Shown piece by piece: positions 25,890 to 35,249 of a DNA stretch of 64,000 nt. The notes under the pieces are model-generated. The model had not been told where the DNA came from. It was given only the letters and a program-made list of their open reading frames with translations, and made no database searches. A program made the translations under genes and the position numbers. The stretch covers positions 971 through 64,970 of the forward strand of contig JASLXV010000033.1 in the NCBI GenBank assembly GCA_030740155.1, given 5' to 3'. This DNA is from Dehalococcoidia bacterium (GTDB taxonomy: Bacteria; Chloroflexota; Dehalococcoidia; Lucifugimonadales; UBA3495). How positions within the stretch are numbered: position 1 is the stretch's first letter; each line of letters starts with the position of its first letter.

Positions 25890-27200
25890 TCAGCTACCGC
25901 CGAACTCCGCCCGGAATTCTCCGTCCAAGCTGAACTCCTGCACCCGGTGGTTCCCCGTATCGGCAACGAAGATGAATTCTGCTTGGTCAACCGCTATCCC
26001 GGCCGGATCCCTGAACTGGCCCTCGCCGCTGCCCTCGGTGCCCCATTCCCTGAGAAAGGTTCCGCCCGTCAGGAATTTCTGCACCCTGTGATTGCCGGTA
26101 TCGACGACGTATATCCGATCTTCCGACTGCTCGTAAACGATACCGCCGGGGCTCTGGAATTGGCCATCACCGTCGCCCTGGATTCCCCATTGCCTTTGGT
26201 ACAAACCGGAAGAGGTGAACTTTTGCACCCGGTGGTTCCCCGTGTCGCTGATGTAGACAAAGCCGTCGTCGTCCCTGGCTATGCCACCGGGATCCTGGAA
26301 CTGGCCGTTGCCGCTGCCCTCGGAGCCCCACTGGTCGAGGAATATGCCGAGGGAGGTGAATTTCTGCACCCGGTGATTCCCGGTATCGACCACGTAAACG
26401 AACTTCCTATCCTCATCGACGAAGACGGCAGATGGCGAGATGAACTGGCCCTCGCCGCTTCCCTCACTGCCCCACTCGATGACCAAGGCGCCGGTGGTGG
26501 TAAATTGTTGTATCCGGTGGTTACCGGCATCGGCCACGTAAAAAGACCTGTGTTCTGAGTCGAACGCCGCGCCCGCTGGCTCCAGAAACTGGGCTGCGCC
26601 GGGTCCCTCGCCGCCCCACTCAATGACAAAGTTGCCGGTCCCAGTCAACCGTTGCATCCGGTGATTCCCAGTATCGCTTACATATAGAAACGCATTTGTT
26701 TGATCGAAGGCTATTCCCTCGGGCCGCTTGAACTTGCCCTCCGCACTGCTTCCGGCTGGAGTGGGAGTCGGCGTGGGGGTAGCCGTGGGGGCCGCCGTGG
26801 GTGTTGGCTCCGGGGTAGAGGTCGGCGCCGGTGTTGACGTTGGCATAGGGGTCGCCGTCGGGACCTTCGTGGGTGTGGCAGTGGGATTGGGAGTCGGCGC
26901 GGCAGTGGGGACCGGCGTGGGAGTAGCTACCGGGGCTGGCGTGGTAGTGGGGACGGCCACGGGTGTTGGTGTAGGCGTTGGGGCCGGGCTGGGTGTCGCG
27001 GTACTGGTAGGCTGTGGGGTCGCGGCCGGGACCAAAGTGGCCGTGGGTTGAAGAGAAATCGTTGGAACCGGCAGCGCGGTAGTGGGGACCGGGGTGGCCG
27101 TGGGGACTGCGGTGGGAGTGGAGGTGCGCGGTGAGACGCCGCAGGCCACCGCCAAAGCTAGTAATGCTGAAACCGCGAATGCCTGAGCTAGTTTCCTCAT
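25890..27200 (-). CDS. Secreted/lipoprotein NHL-repeat (six-blade) protein with a long Pro/Thr-rich linker
   Basis: Signal peptide [20 protein letters not shown], about 120 aa of PT-rich low complexity, then six repeats of (Y/F)V(A/S/V)DTGNHR(V/I/M)Q(K/Q/E/R)(F/L). Confidence 0.85.
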   Translation of the reverse strand: MRKLAQAFAVSALLALAVACGVSPRTSTPTAVPTATPVPTTALPVPTISLQPTATLVPAATPQPTSTATPSPAPTPTPTPVAVPTTTPAPVATPTPVPTAAPTPNPTATPTKVPTATPMPTSTPAPTSTPEPTPTAAPTATPTPTPTPAGSSAEGKFKRPEGIAFDQTNAFLYVSDTGNHRMQRLTGTGNFVIEWGGEGPGAAQFLEPAGAAFDSEHRSFYVADAGNHRIQQFTTTGALVIEWGSEGSGEGQFISPSAVFVDEDRKFVYVVDTGNHRVQKFTSLGIFLDQWGSEGSGNGQFQDPGGIARDDDGFVYISDTGNHRVQKFTSSGLYQRQWGIQGDGDGQFQSPGGIVYEQSEDRIYVVDTGNHRVQKFLTGGTFLREWGTEGSGEGQFRDPAGIAVDQAEFIFVADTGNHRVQEFSLDGEFRAEFGGS

Positions 27201-27209
27201 GCAGAAGCC

Positions 27210-28013
27210 TTACGCTCCATGAAATTTGGGCTGACGTTTTTCGGCGAACGCCCGAATGCCTTCCTGGAAGTCTTGGGTCAGGCAGGAGTTGCTAATCCAC
27301 TCGGTCTCGGCGTCGAGCTGGCTTTCCAAGGAGGCTTCCCAGGAGCTATTGAACAGGGCCTTCACCCGGCCGTAGGCCACCGTGGGGCCCTGGGCCAGCC
27401 TCATGGCGGCCTCGCGGGAGTGCTGTTCCAGCTCCTCCGCGGGGCACACCCGGGTGACCAGGCCCATTTCCAGGGCACTCTCGGCGCTGATGGGCTGACC
27501 GGCTAGATAGATCGCCATCGCCTTGGCGCTGCCCACCAACCGGGGAAGCAGATAGGTGGAGCCGCCGTCGGCGGTGGCCCCAATGTTGGCATAGGCCATG
27601 AGGAACCTGGCGTCGCTGGAGGCGATGCGAATGTCGCAAGCGAGCATCAGGCTGAAGCCGCCCCCCGCGGCCACACCGTTTATGGCGGCTACCACCGGCT
27701 TATCGAGGCGGCGCAGGCCCAGCACCACGTCTTTGTGCAAAGCTCCGGCCAAGCGCCTCACGTGCTCGGCGAGGGCTTCGGGGCCTCCATCATCCAGTTG
27801 CTGCACGAAATCTTTGACGTCGGCGCCGGCGCAGAAAGCTTTTCCGCTACCGGTGAACAAGACGGCGCGCACGTCTGATTCGCGGCACGCCTGGATCGCC
27901 CGTCCCAACTCCCCCACCATTTCCGGGTTCAGGGCGTTGCGGGCCTCGGGGCGGTTAAGGGTAATCACGGCGAGGCCGTGTTTCTTGCTGAATTCCACGG
28001 TTTGGGCAGCCAT
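27210..28013 (-). CDS. Enoyl-CoA hydratase/isomerase (crotonase) family protein
   Basis: ITLNRPEARNAL...FCAGADV...AAINGVAAGGG are crotonase oxyanion-hole motifs. Start at ATG 28013, after GAGGAAG. Confidence 0.85.
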   Translation of the reverse strand: MAAQTVEFSKKHGLAVITLNRPEARNALNPEMVGELGRAIQACRESDVRAVLFTGSGKAFCAGADVKDFVQQLDDGGPEALAEHVRRLAGALHKDVVLGLRRLDKPVVAAINGVAAGGGFSLMLACDIRIASSDARFLMAYANIGATADGGSTYLLPRLVGSAKAMAIYLAGQPISAESALEMGLVTRVCPAEELEQHSREAAMRLAQGPTVAYGRVKALFNSSWEASLESQLDAETEWISNSCLTQDFQEGIRAFAEKRQPKFHGA

Positions 28014-28141
28014 CTTCCGCTTCCTCAATTGAGTGGGACCGGCTAACTATCTCACAACCGCACAACTTGGAAAAGCCGGGCCTTCGACAATTTCAGGACA
28101 GGAATGCCGTTCCGAGTGTTGAGATAGGTCACTGAGCCGGA

Positions 28142-29794
28142 CTAGTAGACACCCTCCATGTATCCGCTGATCTCTTCCAACTGAAAGCCGGACACCGCCA
28201 CCTCCGGCGCCCAAGTCACCTGGTCGGAGGACCAGCGCACGGTGCCCCGGCGCTCCGAGCCGACGCCCAGAATGTTGTTGATCATTCGTAAAACGTTGTC
28301 GTTCATACGCAAGGTGTTGGGTTTCAGCGGCGCGGCCCGCCTGCCGTTTTTGATGATGTAGGAGTCGCCGACAATCGTGCCGCTAAAGTCTCCCGCCGTG
28401 ATCCCGTTGACCGGATAAGTGTACCAGATTCGCCCGATGTAGATACCGTCGCCCACCAGCTGCATCAGGTCTTCGTGGCGTGACTGGTCCTGGCCTTCGA
28501 TAATCAAATTGGTTGGGGTGGTGGAGGGTGAAGAGCCGAAGTCGCGGCCGCCGCCGTTGCCGGGGCGAAAGCCGTTGCGGGGCGCGATTCCCTGGGCCGC
28601 CTCCGCAGGTTCAACCCCAAGCTTTTCCCGGCCCTTCGGATCGTGCAGCATGCGTTGGTAGCCGTAATAGTCGGACAGGGCCCCGGAGAAAACCCCCTGG
28701 GTGATCAGTTCGGTGCGGCCGGTGGGCAGGCCCTCGTCAGTGATCGACTTGGAGCCGGCGAGCCCCGTCGCGGCGCCGTCGTCGTAGAGGGTCAGGATCT
28801 CCGAGGCCACCTGCCGCCCGAACCGGCCCATGAACGGGGAAGCCCCCGCATGGAACATGTCTAGGTGCAGCCCCGGCAGCAGCACCCACTCCAGAATCTC
28901 GGCCAGGGGTTGAGGGCCCAGGATCACCCGGTAGCTGCCGCCGGGCACCCGCCGCCCGTTCAACGAGCCGATGGCGTTGCGGGCCGCCTCCGCGGCGGAA
29001 CCTCCGTCGAAGTCAACGAGATGGCGGCCCACCGACCAGCCGCTGCCCTTGGCGGCGTGTTCTTCTACCATGGCGGTGGCGAAGGACAGCGCCATGGTAG
29101 ACTCGTCCGTCTGCACCCTCGGCATATGGGTGGAGGCGATCGCCATCCGCTCCTGAAGCAGGATAACGTCGCCGCCCAGGATCAGCCCCAGGTCGCCGAG
29201 CCGGTCCGGCGAGCCGGCCAGGGAAATCAGTTCCTCCGACGATTGGAACGCCTCCAGGGCCCGGTCGACCATCCGCCAGCCGGTCTCCAGCAGCCGGGTG
29301 TTGTTCAGCCGCATGATGGCCGGGCCGGGGTGAGGAGCGGGGTGCGGACCCCCCCTGGCCCCCCCTTCGTAAGGGGGGGTAGTAGGTCTTTGCTGCCCCT
29401 GGGTAGGCGGGATGCTACTTTGTTGCCCCCCCTTACGAAGGGGGGGTTGGGGGGGGCTCGGCAACGAGACGAACTCGTTGTCCAGGACCGCTCCCGTCCG
29501 GGCTTTTCCCAAGGCGCTTTTGACCCCTTCCAGCGAGAGGTCGGCGGGCTCACTGCCGAAGCCGGTTTTCAGGCCTTCAGGGGTGCGAAAGGCGACCCGG
29601 AGGCCCAGGCCATGGGACTCCACCGACTTGGGCTCTTCAACCCCATTGCTGGGGATATGGGAGGTGTAGTTGAGCCGGACGGTCAGGTTGACGTTGGCCG
29701 AAGCGAACACTTCGGCCTCCGCCACGCCGGGCTGGGCTGCGACGTAGGCTAGGGCTTCCTTGGTGGCGGTGCGTAGCTTGGCAAGTGGCAGCAT
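28142..29794 (-). CDS. pmbA: PmbA/TldE-family protein (non-catalytic partner of TldD) carrying a repeat-derived in-frame insertion
   Basis: TldD/PmbA fold pattern without HExxxH, adjacent to tldD. At 550 aa it is about 100 aa longer than I would expect for the family. Confidence 0.8.
   Translation of the reverse strand: MLPLAKLRTATKEALAYVAAQPGVAEAEVFASANVNLTVRLNYTSHIPSNGVEEPKSVESHGLGLRVAFRTPEGLKTGFGSEPADLSLEGVKSALGKARTGAVLDNEFVSLPSPPQPPLRKGGQQSSIPPTQGQQRPTTPPYEGGARGGPHPAPHPGPAIMRLNNTRLLETGWRMVDRALEAFQSSEELISLAGSPDRLGDLGLILGGDVILLQERMAIASTHMPRVQTDESTMALSFATAMVEEHAAKGSGWSVGRHLVDFDGGSAAEAARNAIGSLNGRRVPGGSYRVILGPQPLAEILEWVLLPGLHLDMFHAGASPFMGRFGRQVASEILTLYDDGAATGLAGSKSITDEGLPTGRTELITQGVFSGALSDYYGYQRMLHDPKGREKLGVEPAEAAQGIAPRNGFRPGNGGGRDFGSSPSTTPTNLIIEGQDQSRHEDLMQLVGDGIYIGRIWYTYPVNGITAGDFSGTIVGDSYIIKNGRRAAPLKPNTLRMNDNVLRMINNILGVGSERRGTVRWSSDQVTWAPEVAVSGFQLEEISGYMEGVY
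29345..29460. repeat. Intragenic REP-like element: two inverted CCCCCCCTTCGTAAGGGGGGG cores
   Basis: The cores are at 29359-29379 and 29426-29446 (reverse orientation). They are translated in frame as ...PPLRKGG...PPYEGGARGG... inside pmbA. Confidence 0.75.
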
Positions 29795-29843
29795 ATCAGC
29801 GATTCTTCCGTACTAGATTCGGGCTAGATTTCGTTGCGGGGAG

Positions 29844-31412
29844 TTATCCGGGCCCGGTCAGGCGGGCGATACCCCGCATGGTGGGACCGCCGTTGCTCAT
29901 CCGCTTGGCTTGCATCGGCTGGCCCTTACCGCAGTTGGGGATGGGGTTGACCCGCAGGTCGTCGCCCACGGCGTCGATGGAGGTGAAGTAGTTGCGGGAG
30001 TCGGCGGTGATTCCGCCGTCGCGGTAGAGCCGGCCCAGCTGGCCGTTCTTGATCTCGTACACCTTCACGGCGGTGATGCGAAAATTCTCCCGGGACTCGG
30101 CGATGGACGGGGTGCGGTGCCCGGCGATGTAGTAGCCCGAATCCACCTCGGCGATGATGTCCTGGGGGCTCTGTTTGCCGGGAGCGAAGATGGTGTTGGT
30201 CATGCGGATCAGGGGCACCAGGTGGGCGTCGGTGGCGCGGGCCGAGCCGTTGGGCTCCACACCCAGGATGGCGGCGGTCTGCCGGTTGTTCAGGAACCGC
30301 TCCAGCACCCCGTCACGAAGGATATAAGCCCGGCGGGCCGGTGTGCCCTCGTGGTCGTACTTGAAGGAGCCGTAGCCTTCCAACAAGGGGTCGGAGAAGG
30401 CGGTGACCAGAGGAGACGCGATCTGCTTGCCGATCTGGTTCTCCCGCAGGTTCTTCAGGAACCAGGAGCGTCCGGCGTAGGCCGTCTCGTACTTCAGGGC
30501 CCGGTCCAGCTCGGCGGGGTGGCCTACCACCTCGTGCACCAAGAGGGTGTTGAAGTGAGGGTCGGTGACCACCACCACCTCCTCCTTGGGGGGACTCAGT
30601 GGTGGAGCGGCGGCAACCTCGGCGGCGTCGGCGCCCAACTTCTTGCAGAAGTCGATGAAATTGGGAAGGATGATCGGCCCGTTGTCGTACCCCTGGGTCA
30701 AGACCTCCCAACCCCGCTGGTGGCCGGTGAAGTCGTACAGCTCGAAATTGCCGTGCTCCCCGGCGCAGATGGCGATGGCGAAGCCCTCGGTCTGGGCGAA
30801 GCTCTGGTCGATGTCCGCGCCGTCGGAGCTGAGGAACAGTTCCCGGAGCAGGAAGGTGCTGGTGGACGTGGCGGCGTAGACTATCTCGTCGCTCTGGCCC
30901 CGGAGCGCCTTGCACCCGTCGACCGCCATTTGCACCGTCTCGGAGAGGGGTACGGATCTGGGGTCCGTGAGGTAGGTGGCCGGGACCGTGTCGCGGGCGA
31001 TGGCCACCGGGGCCAGGGAAGTCCCGGTGATGCTCTGGCCCAGGGCCCCGAACCGGCCCCGAGTCTGGGCCTTGAGGCGGGCGCTGGCCCGGGCTCGCTG
31101 ATGGGCCTGGCGGATCCCCTCCCAGACCACGGCCTCGATGTTGCCGGCATCAGTGGCGCCGAGGACGCGGCCGTAGTAGCCGGCGGCGGGCGTACCGGCT
31201 CCGGCGATGACGCGGACCCCGAAGTCGAAGGCGTAGTCCTCGGCGCTGGCCTTCTCGCTGCCGTTCTCGGCCAGCGCGCCCTTCTCCTCCCGGACCTCGA
31301 TGCGCAGGTCGCAGTAACCCATGGCGGGCAGCTTCCTGGCGCGCTCCATGACGAGCGACGCCAGGTCGGGGCGCATCCGGTCCAAGATGTCGACGGTTAG
31401 TTGTGGAGGCAT
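29844..31412 (-). CDS. tldD: Metalloprotease TldD
   Basis: HEVVGHPAELDR (HExxxH) in a full-length TldD/PmbA fold. Confidence 0.85.
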   Translation of the reverse strand: MPPQLTVDILDRMRPDLASLVMERARKLPAMGYCDLRIEVREEKGALAENGSEKASAEDYAFDFGVRVIAGAGTPAAGYYGRVLGATDAGNIEAVVWEGIRQAHQRARASARLKAQTRGRFGALGQSITGTSLAPVAIARDTVPATYLTDPRSVPLSETVQMAVDGCKALRGQSDEIVYAATSTSTFLLRELFLSSDGADIDQSFAQTEGFAIAICAGEHGNFELYDFTGHQRGWEVLTQGYDNGPIILPNFIDFCKKLGADAAEVAAAPPLSPPKEEVVVVTDPHFNTLLVHEVVGHPAELDRALKYETAYAGRSWFLKNLRENQIGKQIASPLVTAFSDPLLEGYGSFKYDHEGTPARRAYILRDGVLERFLNNRQTAAILGVEPNGSARATDAHLVPLIRMTNTIFAPGKQSPQDIIAEVDSGYYIAGHRTPSIAESRENFRITAVKVYEIKNGQLGRLYRDGGITADSRNYFTSIDAVGDDLRVNPIPNCGKGQPMQAKRMSNGGPTMRGIARLTGPG

Positions 31413-31423
31413 GAGAGACCCTC

Positions 31424-31465
31424 TAGCAGTCAGCGTTCAGCGGTCAGCCGTCAGCTATCAGCTTT
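31424..31465. repeat. Tandem heptanucleotide array, six units of (C/T)AGCNNT
   Basis: tagcagt cagcgtt cagcggt cagccgt cagctat cagcttt, read directly. It overlaps the last codons of the 31451..31927 ORF. Confidence 0.7.
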
Positions 31466-31927
31466 GTTCAGGCGATCACGCAAGGTGTTCCAATTATTCT
31501 TGTGTCCTTCAATCTCTTCGATTCTAGGATGCCAGCGCCAGCGGCTAAGAGTTTCAAACCTCTTGAAATACTCCCGAATCTGTTTTGACGGGACGAAAAA
31601 CACATCGGGAACTTCATCTCCGCCCACCTTGAGGTCTACGAATGCGAAGAACAATCCCGGATGATTCAGCTTCGCCGATTTTTCACCTACGTCCCACTCG
31701 TAATGATGAGGCTGCTTGTTGCGGCCTCGCCCTCGGGTTCGTAAGGCCCACTGAGATGTCTTGACTTGCAGGGAAATCGTCGATGCGCCGTCTCTGGACG
31801 CTACCAGTATGTCTACTGAGGGTGCATTGCCAAAGGTTACTGCCGCATGGAACCCCTGTTGAGCCAATTGGGATGCTACGTGATAGACCCCGGCGGTGCC
31901 GGTAAGGACACCTGACCGTTTCGGCAT
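31451..31927 (-). CDS. Hypothetical protein, probable PD-(D/E)xK nuclease fold
   Basis: GTAGVYHVASQLAQQGFHAAVTFGNAPSVDILVASRDGASTISLQVKTS fits the G..GE...L...G-(D)-(Q/E)xK layout of PDDEXK_5/Hjc-like nucleases. AT-richer islet. Confidence 0.45.
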   Translation of the reverse strand: MPKRSGVLTGTAGVYHVASQLAQQGFHAAVTFGNAPSVDILVASRDGASTISLQVKTSQWALRTRGRGRNKQPHHYEWDVGEKSAKLNHPGLFFAFVDLKVGGDEVPDVFFVPSKQIREYFKRFETLSRWRWHPRIEEIEGHKNNWNTLRDRLNKADS

Positions 31928-32058
31928 CGGTAGACCCCTTTGGCCGTCAGCAATAGCTGCTGACAGCTGAACGCTCCCCCAACCCCGTCACCGCAACTTC
32001 AGAGGCCGACCCGACCAGCTTGGCATACTTGCCCAGCCCGCCGGTGGCGCAACTCCGG

Positions 32059-32376
32059 CTAGCTCTCCAACCCCAGGGCGAAGTGGATGGCGGAATCTAC
32101 CGCTTGAAGCTTGATGAGGTGCAGGCTGGCAATGTAACGTTGGAGCGCAGCTTTGGGAACGGTGGTCATGCTGTCGAGATTCGCCGCACAACTCGTGGGC
32201 AAACCGTCTTCCGGCCCCAGCGGCACCTCCGTTGGTATCCCCCTGACTCGCCTCGTGACAGGAGCCACGGTAACCAATTCCCGGTAAATATAAGCTTCGT
32301 CACGAGAAATCAAGACCACTGGCCGGTGCCCGGCCGGAGGGGGTAGCTCGGCCCACCAGATTTCGCCGCGCCTCAT
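32059..32376 (-). CDS. mazF: MazF/PemK-family toxin (mRNA interferase)
   Basis: RRGEIWWAELPPPAGHRPVVLISRD...VAPVT...PTEV is the PemK pattern. ATGA overlap with the upstream antitoxin. Confidence 0.8.
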   Translation of the reverse strand: MRRGEIWWAELPPPAGHRPVVLISRDEAYIYRELVTVAPVTRRVRGIPTEVPLGPEDGLPTSCAANLDSMTTVPKAALQRYIASLHLIKLQAVDSAIHFALGLES

Positions 32377-32648
32377 CTGCTAAACTCTTCTTCCCATGAC
32401 TCCGCGTCGAAGGCGTAGTGTAAAGTCGACTCTGCCACCACGCGTTCATTTCGAGTCTCCGGATACTTTTGGTAGCCTCTTATGTACCGCTGTACGTCCT
32501 CCCGCTCTTTCACCCGCCGCAGGTGTTCCTCCAGCGCGCTACGGAAGACCTGGCTGCGGCTCGCGCCCGTGGAGTGGCGCTCTTGCTCCACCGCCTCCAA
32601 CAGTTCGTCGGGGATGCTGATCGCTATCTTGGCCATGGGCACACCCAC
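32373..32648 (-). CDS. Ribbon-helix-helix (CopG/MazE-like) antitoxin
   Basis: KIAISIPDELLEAVEQ....GASRSQVFRSALEEHL is an RHH motif. The start may be ATG 32636. Confidence 0.7.
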   Translation of the reverse strand: MGVPMAKIAISIPDELLEAVEQERHSTGASRSQVFRSALEEHLRRVKEREDVQRYIRGYQKYPETRNERVVAESTLHYAFDAESWEEEFSR

Positions 32649-32707
32649 TCTTCATACTCTGGTATGACCACAGTATGATACCAGGATAGTATTTAAGCAA
32701 TGGGCCC

Positions 32708-34396
32708 CTACCCCGTCACCGCGCCTTCGGAGGCCGACCCGACCAGCTTGGCGTATTTGGCCAGCACGCCGGTGGTGTAGTTGGGCGGGATGGGCTGCCA
32801 CTTGGACCGGCGACCGGCAAGCTCCTCCTCGGTGAGCTGAACGTCCAGGCGGCGGGCCGGTATGTCCAGGGTTATGATGTCGCCCTCTTGGACCAGGCCG
32901 ATGGGTCCGCCCACCTGGGCCTCGGGGGCTACGTGGCCCACCATGGGACCGTGGGTGGCGCCGGAGAAGCGGCCGTCGGTGATCAGGGCCACCTCGTCTC
33001 CCAGCCCCTGTCCCACCAGGGCGCCGGTGACGGCCAGCATTTCTCGCATGCCGGGGCCGCCCTTGGGGCCCTCGTACCGGATGACCATCACGTCACCGGA
33101 CTTGATCTCCCGGCGCTGGATGGCCTGGAAAGCGGCCTGCTCCTGGTCGAAGACCCGGGCCGGACCCTGGTAGACCCGCTCCTGGTGCCCGGCTACCTTG
33201 ATTACCGCGCCGTCGGGGGCCAGATTGCCGTGAAGGATGGCCAGCCCGCCGGTGGGAGCGCGGGGCGCATCGGTCGTATAAATGACCGGCTGGTCTTCGA
33301 TGGTCTCCGACGCCTCCAGGTTCTGCTGGAGGGTCTTTCCGGTGACGGTCATGGCGTCGCCGTGGAGCAGACCGGCCCCCAGCAGCCGCTTCATTACCAA
33401 TGCCACGCCGCCGTACCGGTCCAGGTCGGCCATGACGTAGCGTCCAGCGGGCTTCATGTCGGCGATGTAGGGGGTGCCGCGGCTGATGCGGTCGAAGTCG
33501 TCCAGGCTCAAGCTGACCTGAGCCTCGCGGGCGATGGCCAGCAGATGCAGCACCACGTTGGTGGAGCCTCCCATGGCCACCGCCACGGTGATGGCGTTCT
33601 CGAAGGCCTGTTTCGTCAGGATATCCCGGGGACGGAGGTCTTCTTGCAGCAGGCGCATCATCGTGCCGCCGGCCCGGCGGCTTAGCTCCACCTTGCGTGG
33701 GTCGGTGGCGGGGATCGATGCGTCTCCGGGCAGCGACAGACCCATAACCTCGATGGCGGTGGACATGGTGTTGGCCGTGAACAGGCCGGCGCAGGAGCCC
33801 TCTCCGGGGCAGGCGTGGCACTCCAGGTCCAGCAACTGCTCCGCGGTCATGTCGCCTTTGGCATGGGCGCCCACCGCCTCGAACACGTCCTGGATGTTGA
33901 CGTCGCGGCCCTCGAACCGGCCGGGCATGATGGTGCCCCCATAGACGAAAAGGGCCGGAATGTTGAGGCGGGCGATGGCCATCAGGCAGCCGGGCATGTT
34001 CTTGTCGCAGCCGGCCACCGTCAGCAGGCCGTCCATCCGCTCGCCGAAGGCCACCACTTCGATTGAGTCGGCGATGACCTCCCGGCTGACCAGGGACGCC
34101 TTCATGCCCTCGGTGCCCATGGAGATGCCGTCGCTCACGGTGATGGTGCCGAACTCGAAGGGGGTGCCGCCCGCCTGCCGGATTCCCACCTTGGCCGCCT
34201 GGGCGAACCGGTCCAGGTGGACGTTGCACGGCGTGACGTCGCTGGCCAGGTTGGCGACGGCGATGAAGGGCTGGTCCAGGTCGTCCTGGGTCAGTCCCAT
34301 GGCCCGCAGCATCGCCCGGCCCGGCGCCCGATCCGGCCCCTCGGTGATCTCTTTGCTGCGGTGCTTCAGCCTTAGCATGTCGCTGTTGATGGTCAC
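32708..34396 (-). CDS. ilvD: Dihydroxy-acid dehydratase
   Basis: Full-length IlvD/Edd pattern (CDKNMPG, TDGRFSG). The start is moved to GTG 34396, 9 nt after GGAGGAG. Confidence 0.9.
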   Translation of the reverse strand: MTINSDMLRLKHRSKEITEGPDRAPGRAMLRAMGLTQDDLDQPFIAVANLASDVTPCNVHLDRFAQAAKVGIRQAGGTPFEFGTITVSDGISMGTEGMKASLVSREVIADSIEVVAFGERMDGLLTVAGCDKNMPGCLMAIARLNIPALFVYGGTIMPGRFEGRDVNIQDVFEAVGAHAKGDMTAEQLLDLECHACPGEGSCAGLFTANTMSTAIEVMGLSLPGDASIPATDPRKVELSRRAGGTMMRLLQEDLRPRDILTKQAFENAITVAVAMGGSTNVVLHLLAIAREAQVSLSLDDFDRISRGTPYIADMKPAGRYVMADLDRYGGVALVMKRLLGAGLLHGDAMTVTGKTLQQNLEASETIEDQPVIYTTDAPRAPTGGLAILHGNLAPDGAVIKVAGHQERVYQGPARVFDQEQAAFQAIQRREIKSGDVMVIRYEGPKGGPGMREMLAVTGALVGQGLGDEVALITDGRFSGATHGPMVGHVAPEAQVGGPIGLVQEGDIITLDIPARRLDVQLTEEELAGRRSKWQPIPPNYTTGVLAKYAKLVGSASEGAVTG

Positions 34397-34621
34397 GGTT
34401 TCTGTCTCCTCCTGCGGGCCGGTTGGCGAGCTTGGCCCATTATAAGCGGCCCCCGTCACCGGATACAACCTGATTCGGGGAGTGGAGCCGGTCAGCCTTC
34501 AGACGGGCGGTTCGCGAACAGACGGGCGCCCTGAACGGATTCTGCCGAGGGCTTGCGCGTCACATCGATTTTCGGTACGCTTGAATGGTCCCACTAAAAC
34601 AACACACGTGGAGGAGCGACT

Positions 34622-35098
34622 GTGTTTAACCCTTTCGGTTTATTCAGGGCGGAAATCGCCGAAGCCCACTGTGACATCCCGTGCGGGATTTACGATCCCA
34701 TAGCCGCCAAGATCGCCGCCCAGACGGTGCAGAAGATGGTGCAGCGAATCCAGGCCCTGGCGGTGCCCGACCCCAGCATGGATGCCGGCGCCATCCAGAC
34801 CTACATGAACACGGCGTCGCGGTACGTGGCCGTCAAGGAGGAACACGCCGAGATCTGCAAACACGAGCTTCGGGTCCTCTGGGCCGACTACTTCCGGCCG
34901 GAGCACGTTGAAGCCCACCCGGACCTGCACGCCACCTTCTGGAATGCGGAGAAGCTGGCCGGGCGCAACAAGCAGAGCGTGGACATGGAGGCGGCGCAGG
35001 AGCTGGTGGCGGTCGTCGACCGGATCAGCGAGATATTCTGGGCCACCAAGAACGTTACCTACAGCGATCCCAACGCCACCGTGCGGTACGGGTCGTAG
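34622..35098 (+). CDS. sodN: Nickel superoxide dismutase precursor
   Basis: A 15-residue propeptide ((M)FNPFGLFRAEIAEA) is followed by the Ni-hook HCDIPCGIYDP. GTG start after GGAGGAG. Confidence 0.9.
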   Translation: MFNPFGLFRAEIAEAHCDIPCGIYDPIAAKIAAQTVQKMVQRIQALAVPDPSMDAGAIQTYMNTASRYVAVKEEHAEICKHELRVLWADYFRPEHVEAHPDLHATFWNAEKLAGRNKQSVDMEAAQELVAVVDRISEIFWATKNVTYSDPNATVRYGS

Positions 35099-35120
35099 AA
35101 TCCGGTAGGAGAATGGCATT

Positions 35121-35148
35121 GTAGGGGCGCAGCATGCTGCGCCCCTAC
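35121..35148. terminator. 28-nt perfect palindrome GTAGGGGCGCAGC ATGC... just after the sodN stop
   Basis: GTAGGGGCGCAGCATGCTGCGCCCCTAC, read directly. There is no clear U-tract, so it may be a REP-type element as much as a terminator. Confidence 0.45.
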
Positions 35149-35186
35149 GTTCTGACGAGGCATAGGCCTGGCCGGCAAGAAACAGA

Positions 35187-35226
35187 ACCGGCTCCCCAAC
35201 TCAGGCTGGGGTGCCGGTCGGTTTTT
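35187..35226. terminator. Bidirectional intrinsic-terminator-like hairpin between convergent sodN and hemL
   Basis: ACCGGCTCCCCA...TGGGGTGCCGGT (12-bp stem, one mismatch). GTTTTT follows on the plus strand and TTCTGTTTCTT on the minus strand. Confidence 0.6.
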
Positions 35227-35249
35227 CTCCGGGCCCGGAAGCCGTCCGG

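Noticed and set aside
25890-27200. The highly repetitive DNA in 26730-27110 as a possible tandem-repeat locus or CRISPR-like array.
   Set aside because: It is the in-frame Pro/Thr-rich linker of the NHL-repeat lipoprotein. There is no constant repeat unit with unique spacers, and no cas genes were seen anywhere in the window.
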